DNA of 64,000 nucleotides. It comes from Microcoleus sp. Lineage in GTDB: Bacteria > Cyanobacteriota > Cyanobacteriia > Cyanobacteriales > Microcoleaceae. This document shows positions 10,724 to 21,323 of this stretch, in pieces; position 1 is the stretch's first letter, and each line of letters begins with the position of its first letter. The translations under genes and the position numbers were made by a program. Below the pieces are notes generated by a model. That model made no database searches. It was not told the DNA's origin and saw only the letters and a list, made by a program, of their open reading frames with translations. Location of the stretch: NCBI GenBank assembly GCA_042408215.1, contig JAYFMW010000006.1:960001-1024000 (forward strand), read 5' to 3'.

Positions 10724-12349
10724 TTGGAGTTTAGACTAAGCACAAATTGACTCAGCATGAGCTGAGTGGAAAGAATGGTTAATCAGCGAGAGGTTCTCAA
10801 GGTTAACTTACGAATTTTGTTGATTTTTGGAACCGACCTTTGGCCTTTTTTACCACAGGATAGCGACATCTTTGAGTACGAGGTTTTCCGGTTTGCCATC
10901 CGTCTGAATTTCCTCGCCGTTTGGGAGCAACAGCCGGAGTCCCAATCGTGATTAAAAGTGGAAGCATTGATTGTACAACCCTTCCAGGCGTCAACGAGGG
11001 CAGAGACTTTTGCCAGGGGAGACGAATTTCTCTGACTAGATCTTTAGCTAACCATAATTGCCAAGTTAGTAAAGGCATCAAATCGCTCCATCGTTCGCAC
11101 TGTTCTGGTGTGCTGAGCTTCGGCACAGTCCAATGTAAAGTTTGTTTAGCTAACCGATACCAATGTTCGATGGCAAAGCGACGTAGGTACAGTTGCCAAA
11201 TTTCAGCCAGAGATGGCATTTGGATACCAATCCAAACTAACCACAAAGGTTGACTATTTAATCGACCCGTTACAGTTTCCAAACGTTCGACTAAAATCAA
11301 GGTCATTGGATGTTTGGGACTGCCTCGAAAATGCAAGTCATCCCATTTTCTTAACCGAATTTTCCCGAATCTGGGTTCAACAGATTCCAGAGTTTGTTCT
11401 GGTGTCCACCAGCTTTGAGAGTCGTTGAGCTTAAACTGTTGACCGTGAATTTTGGGTCTGCCTTTACCACTATAGGCTGGGGGTGTTGACCACAAGCAAC
11501 GATTAGAACGGACACGCATCAATTTATCGGCGGCAATGGCTGCGGTGGCTTTGACCAAAGGGGCACACCCATACTCACTATCAAATAAAGCGATCGGTCT
11601 ATTCTGAAGATATTGACATACTTGTACCAATTGTTGAGCGCCAAAACCGATCGGGTTGTCCCAACTCGTAATACGTTCGTGTCTCAAGGGAAGCGCCCAA
11701 CTGCCACTACTTTCAGGTATCCAGGCAATCGTACTATATCCCTGACCAATGCCGACAGGTATGCCGTGAGGTAAGGCCGTGGGCTGGTGTTCATAGGTGC
11801 GTTCTTTGAGGGTACGTGCATGGGGTCTTAACCACGCTGTATGATCGATCGCTAATACTGGACGTTCTACTTGTGACATCTGTTGGATGTACAGTTGCAT
11901 CAATTTTTCTCGATCGGGTCTACAATCTTGTAGTGCTTCATAGGCGCTCGACCACTGACGCCGAAATAAGGGATTGAGAGCTAAATCTCCTAAACATGAG
12001 ACGTGGCGCGTCGTCATTACCGCGTCTGCTAGTTCAAAGGTGGCGTCTTTGGCATTGCCGAGACATTCATAAGCTAGTTGACGAAATTCCCGTAATTGTT
12101 CTAACTTCATGGCAGGTAGATTTGAGATTTTTAGCTGAATTCTCAATCTTCTACCCTTACGCTGTCTGTTGAAACTATCGCAGACAGTTTTTTTAGGTTG
12201 TTGCAAGTCTCCGAGAACGTCAACGGTCGCTGGCATTTATATTATGGTTGAGTCTGATAGCTTGTCGCCAGCGACCATTGCCGTTCTTGAGAACTGTGAG
12301 CTAGTCTCACAGCGATCGCACTTTTTGACCTGCTTAGTCTAAACTCCAG
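10724..12349 (-). mobile_element. Insertion sequence, 1626 bp, DDE transposase
   Basis: 18-bp perfect TIR TGGAGTTTAGACTAAGCA; TSD TTAAAG at 10718-10723 and 12350-12355 (one-base ambiguity); the empty site is visible in repeat copy 1. Confidence 0.95.
10803..12110 (-). CDS. Transposase (NF041680-like/IS701-related DDE superfamily)
   Basis: FRQ.AY..LG.AKDATFELADA, FRRQWSS.YEAL, AIDHT, FDSEYG and YLRRFAIEH motifs; intact ORF; start trimmed to MKLEQL. Confidence 0.9.
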   Translation of the reverse strand: MKLEQLREFRQLAYECLGNAKDATFELADAVMTTRHVSCLGDLALNPLFRRQWSSAYEALQDCRPDREKLMQLYIQQMSQVERPVLAIDHTAWLRPHARTLKERTYEHQPTALPHGIPVGIGQGYSTIAWIPESSGSWALPLRHERITSWDNPIGFGAQQLVQVCQYLQNRPIALFDSEYGCAPLVKATAAIAADKLMRVRSNRCLWSTPPAYSGKGRPKIHGQQFKLNDSQSWWTPEQTLESVEPRFGKIRLRKWDDLHFRGSPKHPMTLILVERLETVTGRLNSQPLWLVWIGIQMPSLAEIWQLYLRRFAIEHWYRLAKQTLHWTVPKLSTPEQCERWSDLMPLLTWQLWLAKDLVREIRLPWQKSLPSLTPGRVVQSMLPLLITIGTPAVAPKRRGNSDGWQTGKPRTQRCRYPVVKKAKGRFQKSTKFVS

Positions 12350-12928
12350 TTAAAGCAATCACTGGATTTAATTTTAAGTAGCCTTCTCCAGCTTTTAGTT
12401 GAGTTGAATAGGTTTTAGCTGCATTGTAAACTACTCTTTTTTCAAAAGTGGCTACATTGAGTACCTGCATTTCTACAATCACTGTTTTGTTGCCGGTGAT
12501 TTGAGCTTTCACATCCAGGTAAGTGTCTTTCAATCCTGTAACGCTGGCTGCTGAATAAGGGTCAATGATTTCTAGGTCTTGAATTGTGGGTTCTCCGTCA
12601 TAGAGCATTGCATTCAGGAAGCTAATCAAAATTTCGGGATGTTCGGAAGATCCGAATATCCTTTTGAATGCAAAATCTGTTTTGGGACTGATAAAACGGA
12701 TATATAGAAGGAAGAAGGAAGTTCGGCAACGGATTCTATAACGGATGTAACGGATGTAACGGATGTAACGGATGTAATGGATGTCAGTCAGAAAGAAGAA
12801 GTCGATGTGAAAATGCCATACTTGAGCGATTTTTAGGTTTGTAGTTGCGCTGAGCGCGAGTCAACGCGCAACTACAAAGCTTTTTTCAATGTGACACTTG
12901 GCCTTACTCCTGTATGTAAATGGAGCTA

Positions 12929-13294
12929 TCAGCCTGTAGCTCGATCGGCATTTGCAGCAGACATCACTAGCTTTCCAGCTATGTCCATCGTCGCCAGCTT
13001 CAGCACTTCATTAAAAGCTAAACCCCGAATTTTTAGCTCCCATCGAATGCCTTTTGCTTTCATCCGCTTGGCTTTCCGCATATCGACATCAGCAGCTTTT
13101 TGATGCAAGAGCAAATATTTCATTGCTGCTGTGGCTTCATCTTTTTTGGGATATCCAATATACGCAATAAATCCGCCGTTCCAGTGATTGGCGTTGCGGA
13201 TGCTGCTGATAGTAGCAACTCTCGGACTAAAGCGGTTCCAGTAAAAGTCGCTGTATCCGATCCACTGAGTTTTAACTTGGAGTTGGTTTGCCAT
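12929..13294 (-). CDS. Hypothetical basic protein (121 aa)
   Basis: Clean ORF with AGGAG upstream of the ATG; no family recognised. Confidence 0.65.
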   Translation of the reverse strand: MANQLQVKTQWIGYSDFYWNRFSPRVATISSIRNANHWNGGFIAYIGYPKKDEATAAMKYLLLHQKAADVDMRKAKRMKAKGIRWELKIRGLAFNEVLKLATMDIAGKLVMSAANADRATG

Positions 13295-13376
13295 TTGACT
13301 TAACTCCTATATTTTTTTGTGCGGGGTTAACAGTAGCGCTTTGGTGCTGCTATTTAAATTATAGCAAATTGTTCGA

Positions 13377-13560
13377 GAATTGGGAATGGGGAATGGGGAA
13401 TTGGGAATGGGGAATTGGGAATGGGGAATTGGGAATTGGGAATTGGTTATTGGGGAATTGGGAATTGGGAATTGGTTATTGGGAATTGGTTATTGGGAAT
13501 TGGTTATTGGGAATTCGTAATTCGTAATTGGGAATGGGGAATGGGGAATTGGGAATGGGA
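13377..13560. repeat. STRR heptamer array (GGGAATT/GGGAATG/TGGTTAT)
   Basis: Visible tandem heptamers. Confidence 0.95.
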
Positions 13561-13619
13561 GGTAGGGCCTCCGGGTATGTATTCCCAGGCTCTGACTGGG
13601 AACAAGGAATGACTAATGA

Positions 13620-16600
13620 CTAAAATCTCAATTCGTATTCGACTGTTCCGCGATTTTCTCCTTGGAAGTCGGTGGAACCACGCAACAAGATTTTGTCGCT
13701 CAAACGATACCTTACATTAAATTCAGTCGGCTGATTTGCTGACAAAATCCGAATTATTGATGCCGAAATATTGCGCGTAATGTCAACTCCAACTTCTAAA
13801 CCTAAACCGAGAGAACCCGCACCAGATGCAGAACCAGAACTAGCAGTTACCGCTTCGTTGCTTCTGATTCGAGTGGGAAATAGGCGAAATTTACTCAATC
13901 CTGTGGCATTAATAATCGCAGATTGAAGGTTGTTAAATAAACCGGCACCGGCTAAATTTGCGATCGCCAGCGTACTGTCTCCTTGTCCCAAAGTCTGCAC
14001 GAAACTGCCACCCAATAAAGCTACAATCTCTGTTTCCGATCGACTCGGAGAACTCCTCAACTCCAGACTCTGGGCTAACTGAGAAGCCTTTCCCCGAACC
14101 GAGGCTTGAATCCGTACACTCCGCACATTCCCAAAAGTTGTCGGTTCGTCTGCTATTTCGGATGCTACAGATGTTCCGGGTGTGCGAAACCGCGTTACTT
14201 CCTGTACCGAAGTTGCTAATCTCACATCCAGCGTCGGATCGAGTCTTTGTGCTGGTACAAAGGTAGCAGTTTGCGGGTACCCTCGATCGAGTCTAAACTG
14301 TGTCGTAAACAAATTCACCGAACCCGAAGTCAGGCGAATCGTACCAGCAGGGCGAATATCGTCTAGGGTGCCGTTTACTGTCAAACCCCCAGTCGCCTGA
14401 AAATCCAATATCGGTGCACTGGTGACTCGAATTCCTTTTCCCAAATTCAGCCGCAAATCATTCAAACCAATTTCAAACTGGGAAGGGATAGAAACAGGGG
14501 AAGAGGAAGGGGGAGGAGTGGAAGCAGAATCGGGAGAAGCAGGGGAAGAATCGGGAGAAGAAGCTAACTGCGTTGTTCCGCCGGCGCTGGGTAAAAATAC
14601 TTCGCCGTTATACAATTCAATATTGCCACCCAACTGCGGGCGCAAAGCTGTACCCGTTGCTTGCACGCTTCCGACTACGCCACCACGGTATAATCCTCTG
14701 AGATTGATGGCTAACTTGTCAAGATTTACGGCCAAGGGAGTAGCCGCATCGACATCGCCCTCAGCAAAAGGCACTGACAGCGGAATCACACCAGCGGCCA
14801 CAACTTGTCCTTCACTCAATTGTCCCTGAATTCCTTCTACCCGAATCCGATCGCCCTCAAAGCGCACCGCCCCAGTCAGCCCTGTCAGCGGTTCTGGGAA
14901 GGCCCTCGCCCGGACGGTTGCATTTTCAAAATTGGCAATTCCTTCAGCTAAAGGCCGTTCCAGTGTCCCTCCGACGCGAATTTGCACCTGTCCCTTGCCA
15001 CTAATCCAAGCAATTTGTGGAGTCAGCACATTAATAATTGCTAATCCTTCATTTTGCAAATTTGCCCTCAAATCAATTTGATTGTTGTCGGCTTTTACCG
15101 TGGCAAAAGGCAACTCAAAAGGCAAACTTCCGGTGACATCAATCGGTTCAGTTTGAGTTACCAAAGCGCTGCCGCCAAAATTCAGGCGGGCGTTGCTGTA
15201 ACTGAAACTGCCATCGGCTTTTTTAATCGGTTTTCTGTTTAGCGTACCGTCAAGCAAACTCAATTCCCCGGCTAGTTGCGGATTGGCTAAAGTGCCGGCC
15301 AAGTTCGCCCGCAAATTCAAATTGCCGGTGACATCCACCAAGGGCAATTCCACCAGTTTTGCTAACTCTTCGACAGGGACATTTTCTACTCGCAACTGAC
15401 CGGATTGAGCTTTTTGGTTGAGTTGTCCAGAAAAGCCGATCGCACTTTTTCCCGATCGAATTTCCAGAGGCAAAACAGTTAAAATCCCGTCCTGAAAACC
15501 GCCTTCAATGCTGAACTTTTCGGCGACATATTTGCCCCACTGCCAGTTATCGCCCTTAACGTTAAATTGAGCTTGCACTCCCGTTTGCAAAGAAGCAGCT
15601 ACGGCAATTTCCCCGCCAAAAGTGCCTTGCAATTGATTCAAGGGAGGCAAGGGTTCCGATTCTTTAATAGCCTGTTGTTGTTTTAAAATTTCTTCAATTT
15701 CTGCCAAGCGCTGCAACTGTTCGATTAACGGGGCTTCCGGCACGCCCACAGCCACTGTTTGCACGTCTGCCGCCGTACCATAAACGGGTGATTTTAAGCC
15801 TCTGGCCAAGTCGCCTAAATTGAAATATTGCAAGGCTGCTAAAACTTGTTGCAGATTTCCCTGCTGGATGTTAACTTTTCCTGCAAATTCTGGGTTAGCG
15901 CCTGCTTTAAGATTGCCAGAAATTAAGTATTGACCGATGCCTTGGCGGAATATGCCGTTGGTGAGAGTAGCGGCGCTGTTACCGTAGCTAAATTCGGCTT
16001 GGAAACTGTCACCTTTAATATAGCCGATCGCCGGTTGGGCGATCGCAATTTGTCCAGTTGCTTGCAAAGTTGCTGGATTCAAAGGCATTTTCCAACCGGG
16101 TACGTTAACTTGTCCCGAAACAGTACCAGTTATCTGCCCCAAACCGGCATCTTTACCCGGCGATAGATTCAAAGCAGCGAGGGGAAAATCGCTGACATTG
16201 ACTCGCAGAGTTTCCCCCTCAGTTTGGCCGCTAGCCACAGATTCCCCACGTTTGACTAAGAAAGATGTCGGGAGGAAAGATTGATTTAAAGCGATTTCGA
16301 TTTTGTCGCTGGCGCCGGCTAGACGCAAATCTACGCTTTTACCAGAACTTGCATTCACAGTACCCGCCAGTACGGGGTCAAAAGCTACCTGATTTACGGC
16401 TAAATCTTGCACTTCCACATCGCCAACTAAGTTAATAGTGGTCAGATTTCCCGTGAGGCGGCCGACAAAATCGACATTCCCGCGCAGGGGAAGATTATTC
16501 TCTGAAGACTTTTTGACACCAATTGGTGTCAAAAATCTGAGTTGTTCTGCCGGCAAGGCTTCCAGGTTAAAGTTGGAGAGTTTGACATTCAAATCTAGAT

Positions 16601-19600
16601 TAGAAATCGAAGGTAATCCTTTACCTGCGAGTTCGACATTTACAAAGCCATTTGCTGTCAAACCAGGAGTTGTAGCGTTCTCAACTTCCACCCGTTTGCC
16701 ATCCCAATTAAATATTGCCTCCAAAGGTTGTTTGAGAAATGGCAATTCCGAGATGCGAAAACTGCCACCGGCGCGAACATCCTGTAGGGGCGGTGCCCCC
16801 GTGCCCGCCCGTGCCCCCAGGCCCGCCCGTGCCCCCGTGCCCGCCCGTGCCCCCGTGCCCGCCCGTGCCCCCAGGCCCGCCCGTGCCCCCAGGCCCGCCC
16901 GTGCCCCCAGGCCCGCCCGTGCCCCCAGGCCCGCCCGTGCCCCCAGGCCCGTGGCGATCGGGCCAGACAAATTTAGATTACCGTTAAATAGTCCTCGGAG
17001 TAGGGGTAAATTTTGGGCCCCTGAGACTAAACCTTGGGCTTGCAAGCTTTGGCGTTGGGCTTCAAAGGCTTTCTGGAAGCGATTTATAGCAATTTGATCG
17101 CCGGCAATTGATGCCTGCCAATTCCCCGATTCGGCTTGGGCTTTGGCATTCACAGTACCTGCGCCGTTAGCAAGTCTAATTTGTCCTTCGCCGTTGGCGG
17201 TGATGCCGTTGGCGGTGAGATTTTCTACTGTTCCTAAAAGGCGGATTTTGCCGTCGAGATTGCCGTCAATTTCTGGTGGTAAATCTGCTGTCAGTAAACC
17301 GGTTTGTTTCAGGGTTTGTTCCAGATTCGCTAGGGGAATGCCGTTGGTTTCGAGGAATGTTTGCCAGTTGCCGTTTTCTAATTTGGCTGTAGTGTCGATC
17401 GCCCCAAGTCCATTGGCCAAAATCCGCCCTTCCCCACTAGCACTAATTCCCTGCGCTGTCAAGTTATCCAAACTGCCTGCCGCTTGGAATTGACCGTTAA
17501 TTCTGCCGTCAAATCCTTTCGGCAAAGTCGCGGTGATGGTAAACAGTTTGGTATCGCGAATAGTTTGTTCTAAGCGACTGAGAATAGGGCGATCGACATC
17601 AGCGAAAACTTGCCAACGTCCAGTTGCTAATTTTCCCTTAAAATCAACCGTACCGTCAGCAATATTTAATTTGCCACTGCTGTTAACGGCGATATCGGCG
17701 ATGGTTGATTTGTCAAGACTTCCCGCCGCTTGAATTTGATTGGATATTTGTCCGTCTAACGATTTGAGATTTGGGATTTTCGATTTGAGATTGTTGAGGT
17801 TGGCGACTGTTTGGGGGCTGTCAGCAGCCCAGGCCAAACCGACATCTAACAGCGGCAATCCTAAATCTACTAGACTACTGAGGTTAGTGCGATCGGTTTC
17901 GGCGATTCCTTGCCAATTTCCGGTGGCTAATTCTCCTTTAAAATTCACATTTCCTGCGCCCAGATTGAGTTGACCGCTGCCCGTCGCATTGATGCTGTTA
18001 GCGGTCAAATTGTCAAGAGTTCCCGCAGCTTTAAATTGACTTGATAGTTGTCCGTCAATGGATTTGAGATTTTGGATTTTGGATTTGAGATTGTTGAGGT
18101 TGGCAGTTGGCTGATTGTCAGTATTGAATGCTGAAGCAACATCTAACAGCGGCAATCCTAAATCTACTAGACTACTGAGGTTAGTGCGATCGGTTTCTAC
18201 GATTCCTTGCCAATTTCCGGCGGCCAATTCTCCTTTAAAATTGACCAGGCTGTCGGCAATATTGAGTTGACCATTGCCGCTAACATTGATGCCAGTCGCG
18301 GTCAAATTGTCAAGATTTCCCGCCGATTTAAATTGACTTGATAGTTGTCCGTCAATGGATTTGAGATTTTGGATTTTGGATTGGAGATTATCGAGATTAG
18401 CGACTGTTTGGGGGCTGTCAGTATTGAATGCTGAAGCAACATCTAAAAGCGGTATTCCTAAATCTACCAAGCGGCGGAGGTCAGTGCGATCGGTTTCGGC
18501 GATTCCTTGCCAATTTCCGGCGACCAATTCTCCTTTAACATTCACATTTCCTGCGCCCAGATTGAGTTGGCCGCTGCCGCTAACATTGATGCCAGTCGCG
18601 GTCAAATTGTCAAGAGTTCCAGCCGCTTTAAATTGACTTGATAGTTGTCCGTCAATGGATTTGAGATTTGGGATTTTCGCTTTGAGATTGTTGAGGTTGG
18701 CGGTTTGCTGATTGTCAGTATTGAATGCTGAAGCAACATCTAAAATCGGCAATCCCAAATCTACCAAGCGGCTGAGGTTAGTGCGATCGGTTTCTACGAT
18801 TCCTTGCCAATTTCCGGCGGCCAATTCTCCTTTAAAATTGACCAGGCTGTCGGCAATATTAAGTTGACCATTGCCGCTAACATTGATGCCACTCGCGGTC
18901 AAATTGTCAACATTTCCCGCCGCTTGAAATTGACCGGCTAGCTGTCCATCTAACGATTTGAGATTTTGGGTTTTGGATTTTAGATTGTTAAGATTGGCAG
19001 CAGTGGAATTGTGGGAATTACCAATTGCTAGAAAGGGCAATCCAAGATCGATTAAGCGATTCAGAGCAACTTTGTCAGTCTTGCCAAAAGCTTGCCAGCG
19101 TCCCGATTCTAGTTCGCCATTAACATTAACAATGCTGTCAGCAATATTCAACTTTCCTTGGCCACTAGCAGCGATCGCATTTAAACTCAAATCGTCCAGA
19201 GTTCCTGCCGCTTCGGCACTTCCGCTGAACAAACCTGCTAATTCAGGTGGTAAAGAAAGTCCTGGCACAACTTGCTGTAAACTATTGATAGCAATTCGAT
19301 CGCCCTTAATGAAAGCTTCCCACTGACGGTTATTTAACGCAGCATTCACATTCACAGAACCGTCGCCAACTTTCACAATCGTATTTGGCAAATCCGCTGA
19401 ATTGCGATCGGCACGAACTTCGCCACTAGCAGGAAAAGTCCCTTGTGGTGCTTGCCATTGAGCTCTAGCTTGAATGTTTTCTAAAGGGCCGAAAACTTGA
19501 GCCTTAGCTGAGACACTGCCAATTTTAACAGTAGCAGGAATTGGCAGAGCATAAACTTGGGCGATCGCATCTGCGGGCAAGTTTTCAGCTTGGAAGTCAA

Positions 19601-21026
19601 ACACCAAACCCGATCGCGAATTCTCACTTCCCAAAGCCAGATCAACTTGACCTTTGCCACTAATTTTACCACCGGCAGCCGGCACTACCACAATATCGCT
19701 TAAAGTCAAAGCTAAAGATGAAAATTGTGGCATCGAGGATGGAGAATTGGGAGTTGGCGATTGAGCCATTATCCTCCGTTCTAGTTTAAAGTTAGTGCTA
19801 ATATTATTTAATTGCAGGCGATCGACTATTGTCGGTTTTGTCGAGCCGATCGCACCTGCAAGTATCGGCTGTGCAACAGTCCCCGTCAGTTGTGCATCTA
19901 CCTTCACTTCCCCCGCCACAGGAATTGGCAATACCACTTTTTGACCTAATTCTTGTTCCACGGCACTGAGAACATTTGCCACAGCCACCGGTTGCACATT
20001 TGTGACCAGATTCAACCTAGCTTGCTCCAGATTAAAATTAGATCCAGTGGCAACTGTTCCTGCTATTAACAGGGGAATTTGACCATAATTGGCAGCGAGG
20101 CGATCGACAATTAAATTAGTTCCCTGAAATCGCAACTCACCGCTGCTATTTTGTACTAACTGTTTCAGCGGATTAATCCTTGCCTGCACTCCCTGAAAAC
20201 TAGCTGTTCCCGTAATTCCCGATATTTGATTGTCTCGCAATTGCACAGTCAAATTGCCATTTGCTAAACCACTTTGCCAAGCGATGCCGGGAACTTTCAA
20301 CAAGCGAGCGAGGTCGGACAAAGGCAGGTTTTGACCTTGCACAAGCAGGTTAGTTTGAGCCGTAGGCAGCAGAGAATCAGCCTTGACTGCAAAATTGTCA
20401 TTTTGAGTAAACTGACCGTTAAGCTCGTAAAGAACCCGCTGATTTTGCTCCAAAAATTTAGCGCTGCCATTTTTGATATTTACAGAAATCGGAGCCGAAG
20501 TTTTCTGTCCGACTGCTGGATTCGGAACCAAAACAGCGGCGACATTTTCAACTCGTATAGCATCGATTTCTGTTTTAAATAAACCCGGAGGTTTCGGTGG
20601 AGCTGTTTGAAGGTTAATCCAGCGGCCTTGAGTATCCTGTTCGATATAAGCGTTGGCTTTAACTAAAGTAATATCTAATTTGAGAGTGCGATTAAACAAT
20701 AGTTGCCAGACCGAAAACTGCACTTCCACAGCTTCTGTGGAAGCATAGTCGGGATCGATCGCAGTTGCAGGTAAGTTCGATCGGCCAAATCGCAAACTCG
20801 TGGGAGAAAACCTTTCCAAACGTCCGACTTGCACAGGCCGCTTCAACAACTGACTAACTTCAGTTTCCACCAAAGGAGCTAATTTTTCGCGCACCCACGC
20901 CTGAGCCGCCACAAGCCCCATGAAAGCCAAGATTCCCAAGCCCGTACCGCTAAGCAGCAGCAGACGCCACCAGCGACGTCCGGGAGAGGGTGTGGGTTGA
21001 TTTTTGCGATCGTCCGAGTTAGTCAT
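13620..21026 (-). CDS. tamB: Translocation/assembly module TamB-domain protein (2468 aa) with internal repeats
   Basis: N-terminal TM anchor, long beta-rich body, C-terminal DUF490-like region (GSVNLFTTQF, LDPTLDV, LELRSSP, RYRLSD..LLRGSTDF, EYELRF). Confidence 0.9.
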   Translation of the reverse strand: MTNSDDRKNQPTPSPGRRWWRLLLLSGTGLGILAFMGLVAAQAWVREKLAPLVETEVSQLLKRPVQVGRLERFSPTSLRFGRSNLPATAIDPDYASTEAVEVQFSVWQLLFNRTLKLDITLVKANAYIEQDTQGRWINLQTAPPKPPGLFKTEIDAIRVENVAAVLVPNPAVGQKTSAPISVNIKNGSAKFLEQNQRVLYELNGQFTQNDNFAVKADSLLPTAQTNLLVQGQNLPLSDLARLLKVPGIAWQSGLANGNLTVQLRDNQISGITGTASFQGVQARINPLKQLVQNSSGELRFQGTNLIVDRLAANYGQIPLLIAGTVATGSNFNLEQARLNLVTNVQPVAVANVLSAVEQELGQKVVLPIPVAGEVKVDAQLTGTVAQPILAGAIGSTKPTIVDRLQLNNISTNFKLERRIMAQSPTPNSPSSMPQFSSLALTLSDIVVVPAAGGKISGKGQVDLALGSENSRSGLVFDFQAENLPADAIAQVYALPIPATVKIGSVSAKAQVFGPLENIQARAQWQAPQGTFPASGEVRADRNSADLPNTIVKVGDGSVNVNAALNNRQWEAFIKGDRIAINSLQQVVPGLSLPPELAGLFSGSAEAAGTLDDLSLNAIAASGQGKLNIADSIVNVNGELESGRWQAFGKTDKVALNRLIDLGLPFLAIGNSHNSTAANLNNLKSKTQNLKSLDGQLAGQFQAAGNVDNLTASGINVSGNGQLNIADSLVNFKGELAAGNWQGIVETDRTNLSRLVDLGLPILDVASAFNTDNQQTANLNNLKAKIPNLKSIDGQLSSQFKAAGTLDNLTATGINVSGSGQLNLGAGNVNVKGELVAGNWQGIAETDRTDLRRLVDLGIPLLDVASAFNTDSPQTVANLDNLQSKIQNLKSIDGQLSSQFKSAGNLDNLTATGINVSGNGQLNIADSLVNFKGELAAGNWQGIVETDRTNLSSLVDLGLPLLDVASAFNTDNQPTANLNNLKSKIQNLKSIDGQLSSQFKAAGTLDNLTANSINATGSGQLNLGAGNVNFKGELATGNWQGIAETDRTNLSSLVDLGLPLLDVGLAWAADSPQTVANLNNLKSKIPNLKSLDGQISNQIQAAGSLDKSTIADIAVNSSGKLNIADGTVDFKGKLATGRWQVFADVDRPILSRLEQTIRDTKLFTITATLPKGFDGRINGQFQAAGSLDNLTAQGISASGEGRILANGLGAIDTTAKLENGNWQTFLETNGIPLANLEQTLKQTGLLTADLPPEIDGNLDGKIRLLGTVENLTANGITANGEGQIRLANGAGTVNAKAQAESGNWQASIAGDQIAINRFQKAFEAQRQSLQAQGLVSGAQNLPLLRGLFNGNLNLSGPIATGLGARAGLGARAGLGARAGLGARAGLGARAGTGARAGTGARAGLGARAGTGAPPLQDVRAGGSFRISELPFLKQPLEAIFNWDGKRVEVENATTPGLTANGFVNVELAGKGLPSISNLDLNVKLSNFNLEALPAEQLRFLTPIGVKKSSENNLPLRGNVDFVGRLTGNLTTINLVGDVEVQDLAVNQVAFDPVLAGTVNASSGKSVDLRLAGASDKIEIALNQSFLPTSFLVKRGESVASGQTEGETLRVNVSDFPLAALNLSPGKDAGLGQITGTVSGQVNVPGWKMPLNPATLQATGQIAIAQPAIGYIKGDSFQAEFSYGNSAATLTNGIFRQGIGQYLISGNLKAGANPEFAGKVNIQQGNLQQVLAALQYFNLGDLARGLKSPVYGTAADVQTVAVGVPEAPLIEQLQRLAEIEEILKQQQAIKESEPLPPLNQLQGTFGGEIAVAASLQTGVQAQFNVKGDNWQWGKYVAEKFSIEGGFQDGILTVLPLEIRSGKSAIGFSGQLNQKAQSGQLRVENVPVEELAKLVELPLVDVTGNLNLRANLAGTLANPQLAGELSLLDGTLNRKPIKKADGSFSYSNARLNFGGSALVTQTEPIDVTGSLPFELPFATVKADNNQIDLRANLQNEGLAIINVLTPQIAWISGKGQVQIRVGGTLERPLAEGIANFENATVRARAFPEPLTGLTGAVRFEGDRIRVEGIQGQLSEGQVVAAGVIPLSVPFAEGDVDAATPLAVNLDKLAINLRGLYRGGVVGSVQATGTALRPQLGGNIELYNGEVFLPSAGGTTQLASSPDSSPASPDSASTPPPSSSPVSIPSQFEIGLNDLRLNLGKGIRVTSAPILDFQATGGLTVNGTLDDIRPAGTIRLTSGSVNLFTTQFRLDRGYPQTATFVPAQRLDPTLDVRLATSVQEVTRFRTPGTSVASEIADEPTTFGNVRSVRIQASVRGKASQLAQSLELRSSPSRSETEIVALLGGSFVQTLGQGDSTLAIANLAGAGLFNNLQSAIINATGLSKFRLFPTRIRSNEAVTASSGSASGAGSLGLGLEVGVDITRNISASIIRILSANQPTEFNVRYRLSDKILLRGSTDFQGENRGTVEYELRF
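16783..16950. repeat. GTAG-type REP-like element expanded into an 18-bp in-frame VNTR in tamB
   Basis: TGTAGGGGCGGTGCCCCCGTGCCCGCCC followed by tandem GTGCCCCC(AG/GT)GCCCGCCC; encodes (G[LT]GARA)8. Confidence 0.9.
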
Positions 21027-21323
21027 GCTTGTCGCTTTCAGAGCTCAGAGAAGTTAGGGATTGAGGAAACCAGCTCATGTTAAATTCGCACCTCTTAAGG
21101 TAACATCCGCTTTGACTCTGCCGAATGCCTTCTACCTTCCTGTGACTGATGACTGAGTAGCCAAGTGCCTTGGCTTTGTATAATCTCAAGACTGACACCC
21201 CTCACAGTCAGGCAGAGTCCAGAAACGTTAAGCAAACTTAATCAAAACATACACCAACGCCTACAACCAATTAAACTAGAGGCGGAACTTAAACAGGACT
21301 TGTGTAGATCAACCCCCAAGCCC

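Larger units (their letters stand above)
10083..12701 (-). pseudogene. Rpn family nuclease, second copy, IS-disrupted and with start codon mutated (ATG>ATC)
   Basis: Two halves (12350-12701 and 10083-10723) match 3070-4056. Confidence 0.92.
9871..13124. repeat. Long direct repeat, copy 2 (interrupted by an IS)
   Basis: Offset 7013 from copy 1 before the IS and 8645 after it; the difference of 1632 equals IS 1626 plus TSD 6. Confidence 0.95.

Noticed and set aside
3070..12701. Classical composite transposon with Rpn as transposase
   Set aside because: The repeat has no terminal inverted repeats or TSD, and it ends in the middle of an unrelated gene
2858..13124. Duplication as a pure assembly artefact
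   Set aside because: The copies differ by several substitutions and by an IS with a proper TSD; long-read confirmation is still desirable
13288..13612. ORFs rich in GNWELGI, and similar repeat-derived ORFs at 23505, 37125, 38324, 40234 and 50824
   Set aside because: Translations of STRR or MITE sequence, not credible genes
13958..20582. Plus-strand ORFs opposite tamB, including the collagen-like PPGPPV ORF, and other short antisense ORFs across the window
   Set aside because: Shadow frames of well-supported genes or of the VNTR
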